A DNA stretch of 64,000 nucleotides, taken from the sequence record PP496439.1. One strand, written 5' to 3'. This document shows, in pieces, positions 9,650-19,193 of the stretch. The translations under genes and the position numbers were made by a program. How positions within the stretch are numbered: position 1 is the first letter of the stretch; each line of letters begins with the position of its first letter. Below the pieces are notes generated by a model that did no database searches, was not told the origin of the DNA, and saw only the letters and a list, made by a program, of their open reading frames with translations.

Positions 9650-10040
9650 TCAGGAACATGCCGTCCGAGATAGCATTCCTGAGAAGCTGGCTGTACAACG
9701 CCGACTGGAAGGTGAGTTCCGCATCACCCACATCCTGATCCTTGACCGGTACCTGGAGTGGTTGAAGGATCGAAACCTTCCAGTGTATTCCGATGAAGAT
9801 CTACGTCCACTGGATAATCTGTTCCACGAATACCCGTTCAATGGGGGTCACTTCCCTCAGAACTATAGCTTATTAATTGCAGCGTTCAGTAGAGAGTACT
9901 GGCGCTTGTTCGTAGCAGAAACCGACATCGAAGCTGACCTGACTTCGGTGCTGGGGATACCGCCGAGATTGTTTCAGCAACTCAGCACGCTCAGGTTACA
10001 GCTAGTCCGCAGATACCACACTCCGACTCACCGCAAATGA
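9606..10040 (+). CDS. Hypothetical protein
   Basis: Co-oriented ORF between the RuvC-like gene and the next gene. Confidence 0.55.
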   Translation: MSKAERRPQAIVQLDQEHAVRDSIPEKLAVQRRLEGEFRITHILILDRYLEWLKDRNLPVYSDEDLRPLDNLFHEYPFNGGHFPQNYSLLIAAFSREYWRLFVAETDIEADLTSVLGIPPRLFQQLSTLRLQLVRRYHTPTHRK

Positions 10041-10723
10041 GGTTGACCATGAAATTTGTACCTAAAGCCATTGAACACCGCGACATCGATCCCACCGCAC
10101 GAGAGTTGTGGGTTCTCAACACCACCAAGAAGCCAGCGTCAGGTGACGTGTTCTTCACCGTGCCTCGTATCCGGGGTAACGGTATGGACGACGTGCAGGT
10201 TATCAAGAGCTGGGCACCACAGAACCTGTGTGAACAAGCGTCCGCCGGTCAGCTCATGGACTCCACCGAGTTCCGTAAGATGATGACCTACGGGAACATC
10301 ATCGTCATCAGCCCGGAAGACGCACAGAAGATCATCAGCAAGCGGCCCGCCGAGTTTCAGGAAGAAGTCAAGCGCATCCTGAACCGTCGTCAGCGTCAGA
10401 TCGACGTACAAGATGCAGGGAGCCGTGTAGCCGAGCCTGCGTACACCAGCGGCCACGATCACATCAACGCGCAAGCTGCCGATGACCTGGACATGAAAGT
10501 CCAGAGCCTGATGCAGCCGATGGAAGAAGGGGAAACCATCAGCTCTGACGAAGAGATGCGACTGATCAACACCCTGCGCACCATGGAAGACGACGATGAG
10601 CTGGGTCCGGTTGAGACCAAGTTCATTCAGCGCATCGCCAAGAAGGCGGGCAAGAAGAAACTCCTGCGCTACATCAACGAAGTCATTCGTCAGAGCGTTG
10701 ACGACGAAGAAGACGATGACTGA
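10037..10723 (+). CDS. Hypothetical protein
   Basis: Biased codon use, acidic C-terminus, followed by a terminator. Confidence 0.7.
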   Translation: MRLTMKFVPKAIEHRDIDPTARELWVLNTTKKPASGDVFFTVPRIRGNGMDDVQVIKSWAPQNLCEQASAGQLMDSTEFRKMMTYGNIIVISPEDAQKIISKRPAEFQEEVKRILNRRQRQIDVQDAGSRVAEPAYTSGHDHINAQAADDLDMKVQSLMQPMEEGETISSDEEMRLINTLRTMEDDDELGPVETKFIQRIAKKAGKKKLLRYINEVIRQSVDDEEDDD

Positions 10724-10738
10724 TACGCAGCAGTAGAC

Positions 10739-10769
10739 AAAAGCCCCGGCTCTTATGCTGGGGCTTTTT
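10739..10769 (+). terminator. Rho-independent terminator (bidirectional-type)
   Basis: AAAAGCCCCGGC-TCTTAT-GCTGGGGCTTTT. Confidence 0.85.
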
Positions 10770-10911
10770 CACCTCGGTACTCCGGGATTTCCGGCTAGGA
10801 CCACGACCACACAGGATCGCGCAGGCGCCACGATGCCCCATGGACCGCCACACTGACCAATGGAACCATAAAAAATCCAGCCTGCAGCGGCTGGCGCGGA
10901 TTCCGCCCACA

Positions 10912-10946
10912 AAAAAGCCCCGTCCAATACCGGCACGGGGCTTTTT
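10912..10946 (-). terminator. Rho-independent terminator ending the tail tube operon
   Basis: AAAAAGCCCCGT...ACGGGGCTTTTT. Confidence 0.85.
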
Positions 10947-10970
10947 CACCTCACTACGTTACCGGATGCC

Positions 10971-11486
10971 TTACAGCGGCGATTCGGTGAACGTGTCGAT
11001 AGAGAGGGTGAGCGAAGGACGAACGATGTCCGAGTTCTCACCATCCAGCTGACCACCTGCAGGATCGTAATCCTCCAAGAAGCAACCTTTGATGATGTAC
11101 ACGTACACCGGGATATCCTGACGGTTCTTACGAACCAACTGGAAGATCGCCTTCACATCAGCGTTGCGCGCTTGAACACCGTTCTGGATGTTGAAGCACT
11201 GTTGACGCCACTGAGCAAGCGCCTGGAGGAAGCGATAATCCGCAGTCTCCGCAGCGATCATGTTCAGGTTGGGAGTAGCCGCCATGATGCCTGGCTGGCG
11301 GATACGAATACCGCGAATCCAGACATCGGTGGTTTGCCCTGCGTCGGTTTTGGGAACGTCGGTAGCCAGCAGCCGAATGTTCAGGTCGGTAGGCATGTCA
11401 ACACCTACCGGGGACTTGAGGCAAGTCAAGTCCCATTTGTGCATGGGGGCGAAGTCCCCCAACGCATTGATCTGTTCATATTGCAT
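10971..11486 (-). CDS. Tail tube protein (T4 gp19-like)
   Basis: 171 aa directly downstream of the sheath; ends YIIKGCFLEDYD...PSLTLSID, typical of tube proteins. Confidence 0.8.
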   Translation of the reverse strand: MQYEQINALGDFAPMHKWDLTCLKSPVGVDMPTDLNIRLLATDVPKTDAGQTTDVWIRGIRIRQPGIMAATPNLNMIAAETADYRFLQALAQWRQQCFNIQNGVQARNADVKAIFQLVRKNRQDIPVYVYIIKGCFLEDYDPAGGQLDGENSDIVRPSLTLSIDTFTESPL

Positions 11487-11498
11487 GGTCAGCCCTCC

Positions 11499-14342
11499 TT
11501 ACACGCGGCCGAAAGCATCGTCGAAAGACATGCCGTAGCGGGTAACGACAGTCTTGAATCGGATGAACTCGGCATCGAGGGTTGGCTTGACGAACAGCCA
11601 CACGTTGATAACCTGATTCTCGATATCGTTGTCGCCGTTGTTGGACGTGTCGCAGACGGTGAAGTAATCGTACACACCTTTCCGCGCTTTGATCCCGTCC
11701 ATGTAATCGTCGATCAGGACCTTGATCTCGTTCCGCACTTCCGGCGTGTTCAGTTCGAACACGTAATCTTCGAGTGCTTCCTTGATGGCAGGTTCGATCA
11801 CGATCAGCAACAGCCGAACGTTCAGACTGCGAGTTGCGGATTGAGTTGGGGACAGCGTCCGTTGACCCCAGACCACGATGCCTTTCCCTTTGGCGAACCA
11901 AATCGGGTTGACCTCGATGTCGTAGAGGAAGTCCATCTCCCCTTCGGTGAAGCGGATCAGCGTGTCGAGTACGTTCAGAACACCACGACGGAAACCGGCT
12001 GGTGGATACCAGAGCTCGGAGTTCGCGCCAGTCTTGCTGATCACCGCGCCGACGAAACCATCCGGCGACACGTAGATGTCGCGGTTGTTGTACTTGTCAG
12101 TAACCTTGACGTGCGGTGCATACAGCGCAGCGTACGAAGTGTTCGCGTTCAGAACCGACTGGCGGTAGTTCGCGATCTGATTCAAGTAGTCCGAAGACGA
12201 TTCCGCAGCGTACGGGCAAGACAGGATAGCTACGCAGTCCATGCGCTGCTCTGCCAGTGCGATCAGTGCCTTGGCATACGATGCCGTAGCGCGGCCACCA
12301 TCCAGAAGGAGGGTGATTGGCAGACCTTGCAGCTTGCCCAACGCCTTGATCATATCGGAGTCGGTCACCGCAGTGCCGTCATCGCCGCCGCCTACGTAGA
12401 TACCGTAAGGAGCGGAGCCGTCGTCTTTGGTGACAAGGGAAGCATCACCTGCGTCCACGGTGAACGTGATGGTCACCTTGGCAGCGGCAGCAGTAACGGT
12501 ATCTACTGTCGCAACGCTGTCGTACGAAGCGGCACCCAGCAGGGCAGCAACCTCGGCAGCGGTATCCGCGCTGTACGGAATGGTAACCTTGACGCCAGCC
12601 AGCTCAACAACCTCGTCGTTGCCGGAAGTGTTACCCGACAGAACGATAAAGGATTGTTGCTCTGCTACTGCGTCCACGCCTGCCACGAAGCGGCGGACAA
12701 TGGAGCAAGACGTGGTGCTGATCGACGAAGGGGCGGTCTTTACCGGCAGGTTAGCGTCGTGGGCAGTGGTCTTGTAGGTGACCAGTACCTTGGCACCATC
12801 AGCGGCTACTGAGGCGAAGTCTGCTACAGTGCTGTAGTTGCTGTTCGCGATGGATGCAGCAACGTCTGCCAAGTTGGTGCTGGCAGCAGTAACCTGAGTG
12901 ACGACACCGTTCAGAGTGAAGTCTTCGACCGCGCCCGAGTTGTTAGCGGCGTTGACGTTGAACGACACGATCTTGGGTTTCTCAGCCTGCGGTGCCACGT
13001 ACGGCTGGGTTACAGCAGGTGCGCCGAAAGTGGTGGTGTTGCCACCTGGGTTGGTCAGGCTGGTAGCCGCGTTCTCCGCAGCCACTTTGTACGTCACCTT
13101 GACCGTGGTGTTGTTGACCACAGACACGGACTGGATCAGCGTGTCAGCAGCATACGACGCCGAGGCAATCGCAGCAGCTACCGCAGCAGCAGTGGTCGCG
13201 GCCAGAGGCACGGTGACCGTGGTGCTACCCAGAGTGAACTGTTCGTCCGCACCCGAGCTGTTGCCCGAGTTGACCAAGAAGGTCCACGTCTTACCAACAC
13301 CTTGAACCGCAGGGGCGTAAGCCTGAACCACAGTGAAGCCGCTGGTACGAACACTCTCTGGCTTGCCAACGGTGAACGTCGCTACCGAGGCCGCGCTCTC
13401 TTTCATGGTCAGGGTGACCACGGCGCCGGAAGCCTCGACACGATCCACTGCCGGAATGTTGTTCCACTCTGGCGACGTAGCAATGACCGAAGCCAATGCA
13501 GACGTGGTAGTGGCATTCGCCGGGACGTCGATGTTGATGGTCTGGCCAGCACCGGTGACCTTCAGCTTGAGCACTTGACCCGTGCTGTTACCAGATTGCA
13601 CGGTGAACGACTGTTGTTGAACAGTCGCAGCCTTGCTGGCAACGAAGTCGCGGGTTTGAGTCAGGTCGCCGAACGACACCGTGGTAACCTTGGTGTTTTT
13701 CGGGAACAGCTTCTCGTCCGCGATTGGGTTGGAGACCCAACGGATGTAAGCCGACGACTGCAGAGCGGTTTCGACGTACATCGATTGGCCCAGGCCGTTG
13801 ACCGCGCCTTGCAAGCGGGACACCTCGAACGACTCGACCAGCGCGCCGTAGAAGTACACACGAATGCGGAACGGGTTGTACGAAGCAGTCTGCTTGGTGA
13901 TACGGTCGATGATCACCGAGATGTTAGAAGACCACACACCTGGGCTCGATGCGTAGATCAAACCAGCATCATCCGCAGTGAACGGATACGACTCGGGGTC
14001 GTCCAGATCTTGGCTCGGAACGCGAACGTCCTGATCCGAAGTGGAGACCGGGATGATCAAGCCGCCAGCCAGCGTCTGAGAACCGGCGCGGATTACCCAC
14101 AGCTTGTTGGAAGCCTGAAGGAATGTCGCGGCGGAATACATGGCCAGGTCGGCACCAATACGGATACTGGAGTTCTCCGTATAACTTTGAATCAGATCCT
14201 GCTCGGAAGTCGTCAACTTCGCTTCTTCCTGCGACCCTCGCGGGGCACCTGGAAGTACGATTGCGCCGTAGACACCCGGCGAACTCGCAACCGAAGTCGC
14301 GAGATTGATTTCCGAGAGGGTTACCTTTGCTGCACCACTCAT
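11499..14342 (-). CDS. Contractile tail sheath protein with an inserted repeat region
   Basis: C-terminal YAPHVKV, SPDGFVG, WYPPAG, VNPI, VWGQRT, LNVRLL, FELN, KPTLDAEFI are sheath hallmarks. Confidence 0.93.
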   Translation of the reverse strand: MSGAAKVTLSEINLATSVASSPGVYGAIVLPGAPRGSQEEAKLTTSEQDLIQSYTENSSIRIGADLAMYSAATFLQASNKLWVIRAGSQTLAGGLIIPVSTSDQDVRVPSQDLDDPESYPFTADDAGLIYASSPGVWSSNISVIIDRITKQTASYNPFRIRVYFYGALVESFEVSRLQGAVNGLGQSMYVETALQSSAYIRWVSNPIADEKLFPKNTKVTTVSFGDLTQTRDFVASKAATVQQQSFTVQSGNSTGQVLKLKVTGAGQTINIDVPANATTTSALASVIATSPEWNNIPAVDRVEASGAVVTLTMKESAASVATFTVGKPESVRTSGFTVVQAYAPAVQGVGKTWTFLVNSGNSSGADEQFTLGSTTVTVPLAATTAAAVAAAIASASYAADTLIQSVSVVNNTTVKVTYKVAAENAATSLTNPGGNTTTFGAPAVTQPYVAPQAEKPKIVSFNVNAANNSGAVEDFTLNGVVTQVTAASTNLADVAASIANSNYSTVADFASVAADGAKVLVTYKTTAHDANLPVKTAPSSISTTSCSIVRRFVAGVDAVAEQQSFIVLSGNTSGNDEVVELAGVKVTIPYSADTAAEVAALLGAASYDSVATVDTVTAAAAKVTITFTVDAGDASLVTKDDGSAPYGIYVGGGDDGTAVTDSDMIKALGKLQGLPITLLLDGGRATASYAKALIALAEQRMDCVAILSCPYAAESSSDYLNQIANYRQSVLNANTSYAALYAPHVKVTDKYNNRDIYVSPDGFVGAVISKTGANSELWYPPAGFRRGVLNVLDTLIRFTEGEMDFLYDIEVNPIWFAKGKGIVVWGQRTLSPTQSATRSLNVRLLLIVIEPAIKEALEDYVFELNTPEVRNEIKVLIDDYMDGIKARKGVYDYFTVCDTSNNGDNDIENQVINVWLFVKPTLDAEFIRFKTVVTRYGMSFDDAFGRV

Positions 14343-14363
14343 AGTGATTCCCTCGATGGAGTG

Positions 14364-14552
14364 TTAAGCCTGGACTTGTTCAGTAACCTTGCCCGGCAAC
14401 GGGTAGGTCAACTGATCACGATCCAGACGTTTCAGGACGCCGAGCGGCGGCAGGGTAACGGAATCTTTTCCCTCTGGACCATAGGCCAGCTGGATGGGGT
14501 GCTTCGCCGTCGAATACAGATTGACGTAAACTTTTTCTTGATCAGACATCAC
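14364..14552 (-). CDS. Small hypothetical virion-associated protein
   Basis: 62-aa ORF with RBS between tail genes. Confidence 0.6.
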   Translation of the reverse strand: MMSDQEKVYVNLYSTAKHPIQLAYGPEGKDSVTLPPLGVLKRLDRDQLTYPLPGKVTEQVQA

Positions 14553-14567
14553 ATCGTCTCCTAACCG

Positions 14568-15254
14568 TTATGGCGTCGGGGTCAGATCTATTTCCTTGCG
14601 GAACAGTACCTCGCCCTTACCGTTTTCACCTTCATCAAGCTGGGCAACGAAGATAATCTTCGAGCTGTTCTTGAGCTTCGTGTCGTACTTGCCCCCATCA
14701 CTGGAGACATAACCGTGGACAGTGATGTCTACGTTGAACACGAACGCCGATACGTCCTGACCCGCCTTCGACTTGGGAGGCAATGTCAGTTCACCACCGA
14801 CTTGAGACTCAATCGTGAACGGGATACCTCGGTACTCCAGCGTGAAATCCAGCAGGCTGAAATGCTGCATGAACTTCGCGTCACTGATGAACTTTAGCGC
14901 CTTCAGGTAATCGTCGGTAGCGAACTCCAGAACCATACCCATTGTAACCGGGATGATACTGATTGCGTACTCTCGATCCCCCTCGTTGATGGCAAAGCGA
15001 TTAACAATCCCTCGCGCTGTCACATTGGGGCGGTGTCGATTGGAATCACCTACGGTGCCGTAAGTCAGATAAGCGAAAGGGAACGTGGGTGCCTTTTCCC
15101 TTTTCTGAACGAACACATCGTAAGCTTCTTCCCGCGTTCGAATCATGACGCTGCCTTTAGCTAGGTCCAGCCCTTCTTCGACACGACGGCATACACCCGC
15201 CAAGACGAACACCTCGATGGGCTTGATCCTTGTACTTGCTGAAGACTTAGCCAT
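14568..15254 (-). CDS. Putative tail completion/terminator protein
   Basis: Located between capsid and sheath; FPFAYLTYG and alternating beta pattern. Confidence 0.5.
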   Translation of the reverse strand: MAKSSASTRIKPIEVFVLAGVCRRVEEGLDLAKGSVMIRTREEAYDVFVQKREKAPTFPFAYLTYGTVGDSNRHRPNVTARGIVNRFAINEGDREYAISIIPVTMGMVLEFATDDYLKALKFISDAKFMQHFSLLDFTLEYRGIPFTIESQVGGELTLPPKSKAGQDVSAFVFNVDITVHGYVSSDGGKYDTKLKNSSKIIFVAQLDEGENGKGEVLFRKEIDLTPTP

Positions 15255-15265
15255 TTTCTACCTCG

Positions 15266-15302
15266 AAAAAAGGGTGGGTGGGCGGTAACACCCACCCACC
15301 CT
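15266..15302 (-). terminator. Terminator downstream of the major capsid gene
   Basis: 12-bp stem AGGGTGGGTGGG/CCCACCCACCCT followed by a T run on the minus strand. Confidence 0.85.
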
Positions 15303-15323
15303 ATATCACCTGACGTGCTGTGG

Positions 15324-16412
15324 TTACTGGCGGATAGCCTTGGTCACAGTGCGAGAGTTGATGATGGACATCGCGGTCAGCTGGCTCATGGTCCAACCAC
15401 GACCTGGGAAGCGCTCGGTGGTCTCGTCGATAGGGCGAGCCTCGATGCCATCACGGTCGGAGTACACACCATGGTTCTCTGGCGAGGAAACCACGTACAT
15501 CTCGCCACGGCCCAGCACCTTGTGCTGCGAATGACGGAACTGGTCAGTGATCACTTCCAGGCCGTACACGTTGCCGATGTTGCCGGTTTGAATCAGCTCT
15601 TCGGCGTACGAGGTGGCGTTGAAAGTGTTGACCCAGCTTTCTTCGCTGATGATGTCGGTCAGGATGTCCGACGAGATCAACCAGAATGCCGCTGGCAGGC
15701 CCCACTGGGTGATGTTACTCACCATGTTGGCCAGAGCGCGGGTGGTCACTTGACCGGCGAGGATGGTCTGCTCGTTGGCTACGCCGACCGACGCATCGGC
15801 CAGACGTTTCCACAGGCGGTCTTCCGCAACCATGAACGCTTCCAGCGTGGAGATGTACGTACGGTCGAGCAGAGTGGCCGGGCCGCGAGCCAGGTCTTTC
15901 TGTTCGATGTACGGACGCGCTTGGAGGTAAAACTCTTGCGGGTAGTACACGTTGTCGCGAACCAGGTGGGTCGCAACTTGGGCAGGACCAGTCGAGAGGA
16001 CAGCGACGGACTGCTTCATGTCCACGGTGACTTTCGGCTCTTGGCCTTGTTCCAGTTCCATGCGTTGCAGCAGACGACGTGCGAAGCCGTCACGGTTGCC
16101 GGTCACTTGCATCTCGGCGGCGAAAACTTCGCCCAGTGCAACCAGCTCTTCCTTGCTGGCGAATGCGGCTTCAACCATCTCACGCTTGCGAGCGGCAGCA
16201 GCCGAAGCAGTTTCAACCTGCTTCTCGGTGGTCAGCTGGTGGCCGCTCTTGGCCGCAGCTGCGAGGGTCTGGAGCATGCCGAACAGCTCTTTGTTCGAAC
16301 TGGCGTTGAACTCGCCGTTCTGGCCAACCAGCTTACCGCCGCCTGCCATGGACAGTTCGGTGATGATGCTCGGACGGCTGACGGACAGCCCTTTAAGTTG
16401 CAATGCTTTCAT
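15324..16412 (-). CDS. Major capsid protein (HK97-fold expected)
   Basis: 362 aa, strongly biased codons, own terminator, downstream of scaffold/decoration genes; TGNIGNVYGLEVITD motif. Confidence 0.8.
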   Translation of the reverse strand: MKALQLKGLSVSRPSIITELSMAGGGKLVGQNGEFNASSNKELFGMLQTLAAAAKSGHQLTTEKQVETASAAAARKREMVEAAFASKEELVALGEVFAAEMQVTGNRDGFARRLLQRMELEQGQEPKVTVDMKQSVAVLSTGPAQVATHLVRDNVYYPQEFYLQARPYIEQKDLARGPATLLDRTYISTLEAFMVAEDRLWKRLADASVGVANEQTILAGQVTTRALANMVSNITQWGLPAAFWLISSDILTDIISEESWVNTFNATSYAEELIQTGNIGNVYGLEVITDQFRHSQHKVLGRGEMYVVSSPENHGVYSDRDGIEARPIDETTERFPGRGWTMSQLTAMSIINSRTVTKAIRQ

Positions 16413-16475
16413 GAGGTTTTAATCCTGTGCAGGAAAATCAGAAGACCTTGTCTGTATTGATAAGGCTAACTAGCC

Positions 16476-17183
16476 TTACAGCAGGACCAGTTTCAGGAAC
16501 GGATAGCCTTCATCCGGGCCTTTCAGAACAGCGACGCCTTGCAGCACGGTGCCGTTGCCACCGCTGGTGAACAGGCCGTTCGCGCCGAGGGTGACCACGG
16601 TCTCAGGGGACCAGTCAACGTTGGTGTCGAATTCGGAAGTCGCCAGTTCGCCTTTGGTGATGGCGGTGGTAATCCCGAGGAAAGCGGCGGCGGTGCGACC
16701 GGCAGACTGTTCGCCTTGCAGCGAAGCAGCTTCTACGACGGTCGGGGTGTAGCGATAGCCAGCCTGAATCGCTTGGTCTTTCTGTGCAGCGTTCAGCGTG
16801 ACGGTCTTGCCGTCCGAAGCGAGGCTGAACTTGCCAGCGGTGGCAGCATCACCAGCGGCCAGAGTGGTCTTGGTGCCGTTGGCAGCAGTAGCTACCAGAC
16901 GCAGCGAACCGGCGTCGGCGACAGCCTTGTCCAGCACCAGAGTAGTGCTGTTACGGTTGGCTTCGAAACCTTGCAGCTTCGGCAGGAAGTCCGGGAACTG
17001 GGTCTGATTGATGTTGATGCCGAAGAAGCGCTCACCGGCAACACCAGTGGAGGGCTTGACTGCCAACTCACCGTCAGCGCCGGTAGTGATAACCAGAGCG
17101 CAACCTTCGTTGGTCAATTCGATCCCTTCCGCCACTTGGACAGGTTGGGATTCGCGCAGATGAACGACGTCGAAACTGAGCAT
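16476..17183 (-). CDS. Head decoration/structural protein
   Basis: A/G/T-rich, strongly biased codons, immediately upstream of the capsid gene. Confidence 0.6.
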   Translation of the reverse strand: MLSFDVVHLRESQPVQVAEGIELTNEGCALVITTGADGELAVKPSTGVAGERFFGININQTQFPDFLPKLQGFEANRNSTTLVLDKAVADAGSLRLVATAANGTKTTLAAGDAATAGKFSLASDGKTVTLNAAQKDQAIQAGYRYTPTVVEAASLQGEQSAGRTAAAFLGITTAITKGELATSEFDTNVDWSPETVVTLGANGLFTSGGNGTVLQGVAVLKGPDEGYPFLKLVLL

Positions 17184-17244
17184 GGTACGTTCCTCAAAGG
17201 AAGGATAGATAAAAACGGATGACTGTCTCGGGTTGAATCAACCC

Positions 17245-18774
17245 TTAACTGATGCGGAACAGTCCGCCTTGAGCGAGTTCACGCACACGCGAGTTACCCT
17301 TCTGAACAGGTTCATTCAGGAAGGAAGCGGTGGTTACCTGGCGCAACGGGGTCTCGAGTTGGTTTTCCAGCTGCGCAGTAGAAGCCTGACGGCCATTGCT
17401 GCGAGTCGAGGAACCTACCGGAGTGGTGGAAGCGATGGTTTCCGCCAGATCATTCAGGCTGCTCGGGTCACGGGCTGCCAGTGTCTGAGCCAGCGCGAGG
17501 ACGTTTTGGTTATGTTCGTCTTCGGTTTCGGCCAAAGCGCTCTCAACCATGGCTTGCGCGTTCTGTACACCGGCGGTGGTCAGATCGGCAATCAGGCGTT
17601 CCTTCACTTTGTGTGGGGTGTTGCGGAAGAACCCACGGGTCATACCAGCTGTCGCCAGCTGAAGGCCATGCAGCAGTCGTTCGGTCTGATCGCCAACGGT
17701 GTCGGCGACTTCGGCGGCAGCGACAGCCTTAGCCTTTTCTTGCACGAATGCCATTGCCATCGCGGCAGGGGCCTTGAAGCTGTTACGCTGGAAGCCGTAG
17801 CTGGCCAGAGTTGCGTCCAAGCCGTCCTTGTTGAACGTCTGCGCGATTGCTTCCATGTACGCTGGCTCGCCGAAGATATCGGCGTTGGCGGTTTCTGCGG
17901 TCTTGTGCAGGACAGCCACGGTCTGATCGTTGACGTTAGCCAAGATCTTGCCGTTCAGCGGGATGAATTCAGCAGTCGCGTCTTCACTCAGGCCAACCGA
18001 GGACAGCGCTTCGAGAACGTCGATGTTCATATCTTCGGGCTCGTCACATTGGTCGGGATTCTGCGTGGACTGGATGACTTCGGCTTCTTCAACCGGTTCG
18101 TCTTCCGACTCCTCTTCTTCCTCGTCATCAGCTTCGGCGGATGCAACCACCGGCTTCTGCTTCGGCATGATGATCATCGGATTGTCCTCGGCGGAAGCTT
18201 CTTCCTCCAAGTCCTCGTCAGACTCATTCGATTCGTCGTCTTCCAGTTCTTCGTCGTCGGCGCTGGTGTCGTCATCGCTGAGATCCGAATCGTCTTCCGA
18301 CTCTTCTTCCTCGGCGCTGGCTTCCTCGGCGGGTTGATCGCCGTCCCATGCCCAATCGGCGTTCGCATCTTCTTCGTCGGTGGCAGTGGTATCATCATCT
18401 GCACCAGCGAGAGTTACGTTGGGGTTCAATACCATTCCCGTACCGCATTCAACACAGCAGATCTCTACGTGGCCTTCTTTGTTCACTGGCATTTGCGCCA
18501 GCTCTTCATCGAACATCACGTTAGCCACGGTGCACTGACGGCACTGCGCGCTGGTGAGACTATCTTCTGCTTCCGTCTGGTTAAAGACGGAAGCAGTGAT
18601 TGCCTCGGCACGCTGTTTCATGGCTGGACTGCCGCAGTGACCGCAGAACGGATCGCACCCCGCCAACGCTACCGTTTCCTCTTTGCAGTGACCGCACTGG
18701 TATGAAGCCAGTACAGCCTGCTTGAGGCTACGCATGGTTGGGGCGTGAGAAGCGATCATGGTGAGCTTCGGCAT
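17245..18774 (-). CDS. Prohead scaffold/core-like protein with N-terminal CxxC motifs and acidic tract (start corrected to MPKL)
   Basis: AGAGGAG RBS before ATG 18774; four CxxC pairs, D/E tract, helical C-terminus. Confidence 0.6.
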   Translation of the reverse strand: MPKLTMIASHAPTMRSLKQAVLASYQCGHCKEETVALAGCDPFCGHCGSPAMKQRAEAITASVFNQTEAEDSLTSAQCRQCTVANVMFDEELAQMPVNKEGHVEICCVECGTGMVLNPNVTLAGADDDTTATDEEDANADWAWDGDQPAEEASAEEEESEDDSDLSDDDTSADDEELEDDESNESDEDLEEEASAEDNPMIIMPKQKPVVASAEADDEEEEESEDEPVEEAEVIQSTQNPDQCDEPEDMNIDVLEALSSVGLSEDATAEFIPLNGKILANVNDQTVAVLHKTAETANADIFGEPAYMEAIAQTFNKDGLDATLASYGFQRNSFKAPAAMAMAFVQEKAKAVAAAEVADTVGDQTERLLHGLQLATAGMTRGFFRNTPHKVKERLIADLTTAGVQNAQAMVESALAETEDEHNQNVLALAQTLAARDPSSLNDLAETIASTTPVGSSTRSNGRQASTAQLENQLETPLRQVTTASFLNEPVQKGNSRVRELAQGGLFRIS

Positions 18775-18916
18775 GCGAAGTGCTCCTCTTGCTGTCAATG
18801 GGCTGCTACACACTATAAGCATGAGCAGATCTTCGAGCAGGCCACCTCGACGGCCCCTGCTACGGTAAACTCGGATTCACCCCTCCACGCGTATATAACG
18901 TTTTGGGAACAATTCA

Positions 18917-18926
18917 AATTACATAC
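18917..18926 (-). promoter_or_regulatory. Candidate late-promoter element GTATGTAATT
   Basis: Identical to 8798-8807; upstream of the head operon. Confidence 0.45.
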
Positions 18927-19101
18927 GACCAGAGTGCCATGGTGTCCATACCTGCGTCAAAACGCCCGTTTGCCATCATGTCGGGATATGCCCAGCCATA
19001 TGAGTGCTAAGTCATTGATTACCTTGACAATTAATTAGGGGGTATGTGGCCCCCTAATTCATGGAAATTAAGGTATTTTGGCTATATCTGCGTCAAAGTG
19101 C

Positions 19102-19130
19102 TTGACAAACGCCGCCAGGCACCGTATACT
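19102..19130 (+). promoter_or_regulatory. Sigma70-type promoter
   Basis: TTGACA-17 bp-TATACT. Confidence 0.85.
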
Positions 19131-19193
19131 GCACGGGCGGGCTACTATTCCAGCCCGCTACGTCCATGCCCACGGGGGCACCAAGGAACCAAC

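Noticed and set aside
11172-12812. 546-aa plus-strand ORF (likewise 2511-3833, 13302-14564, 15315-16460, 17233-18705, 45231-46568, 48181-49494)
   Set aside because: All lie antisense to well-supported genes and have atypical composition.
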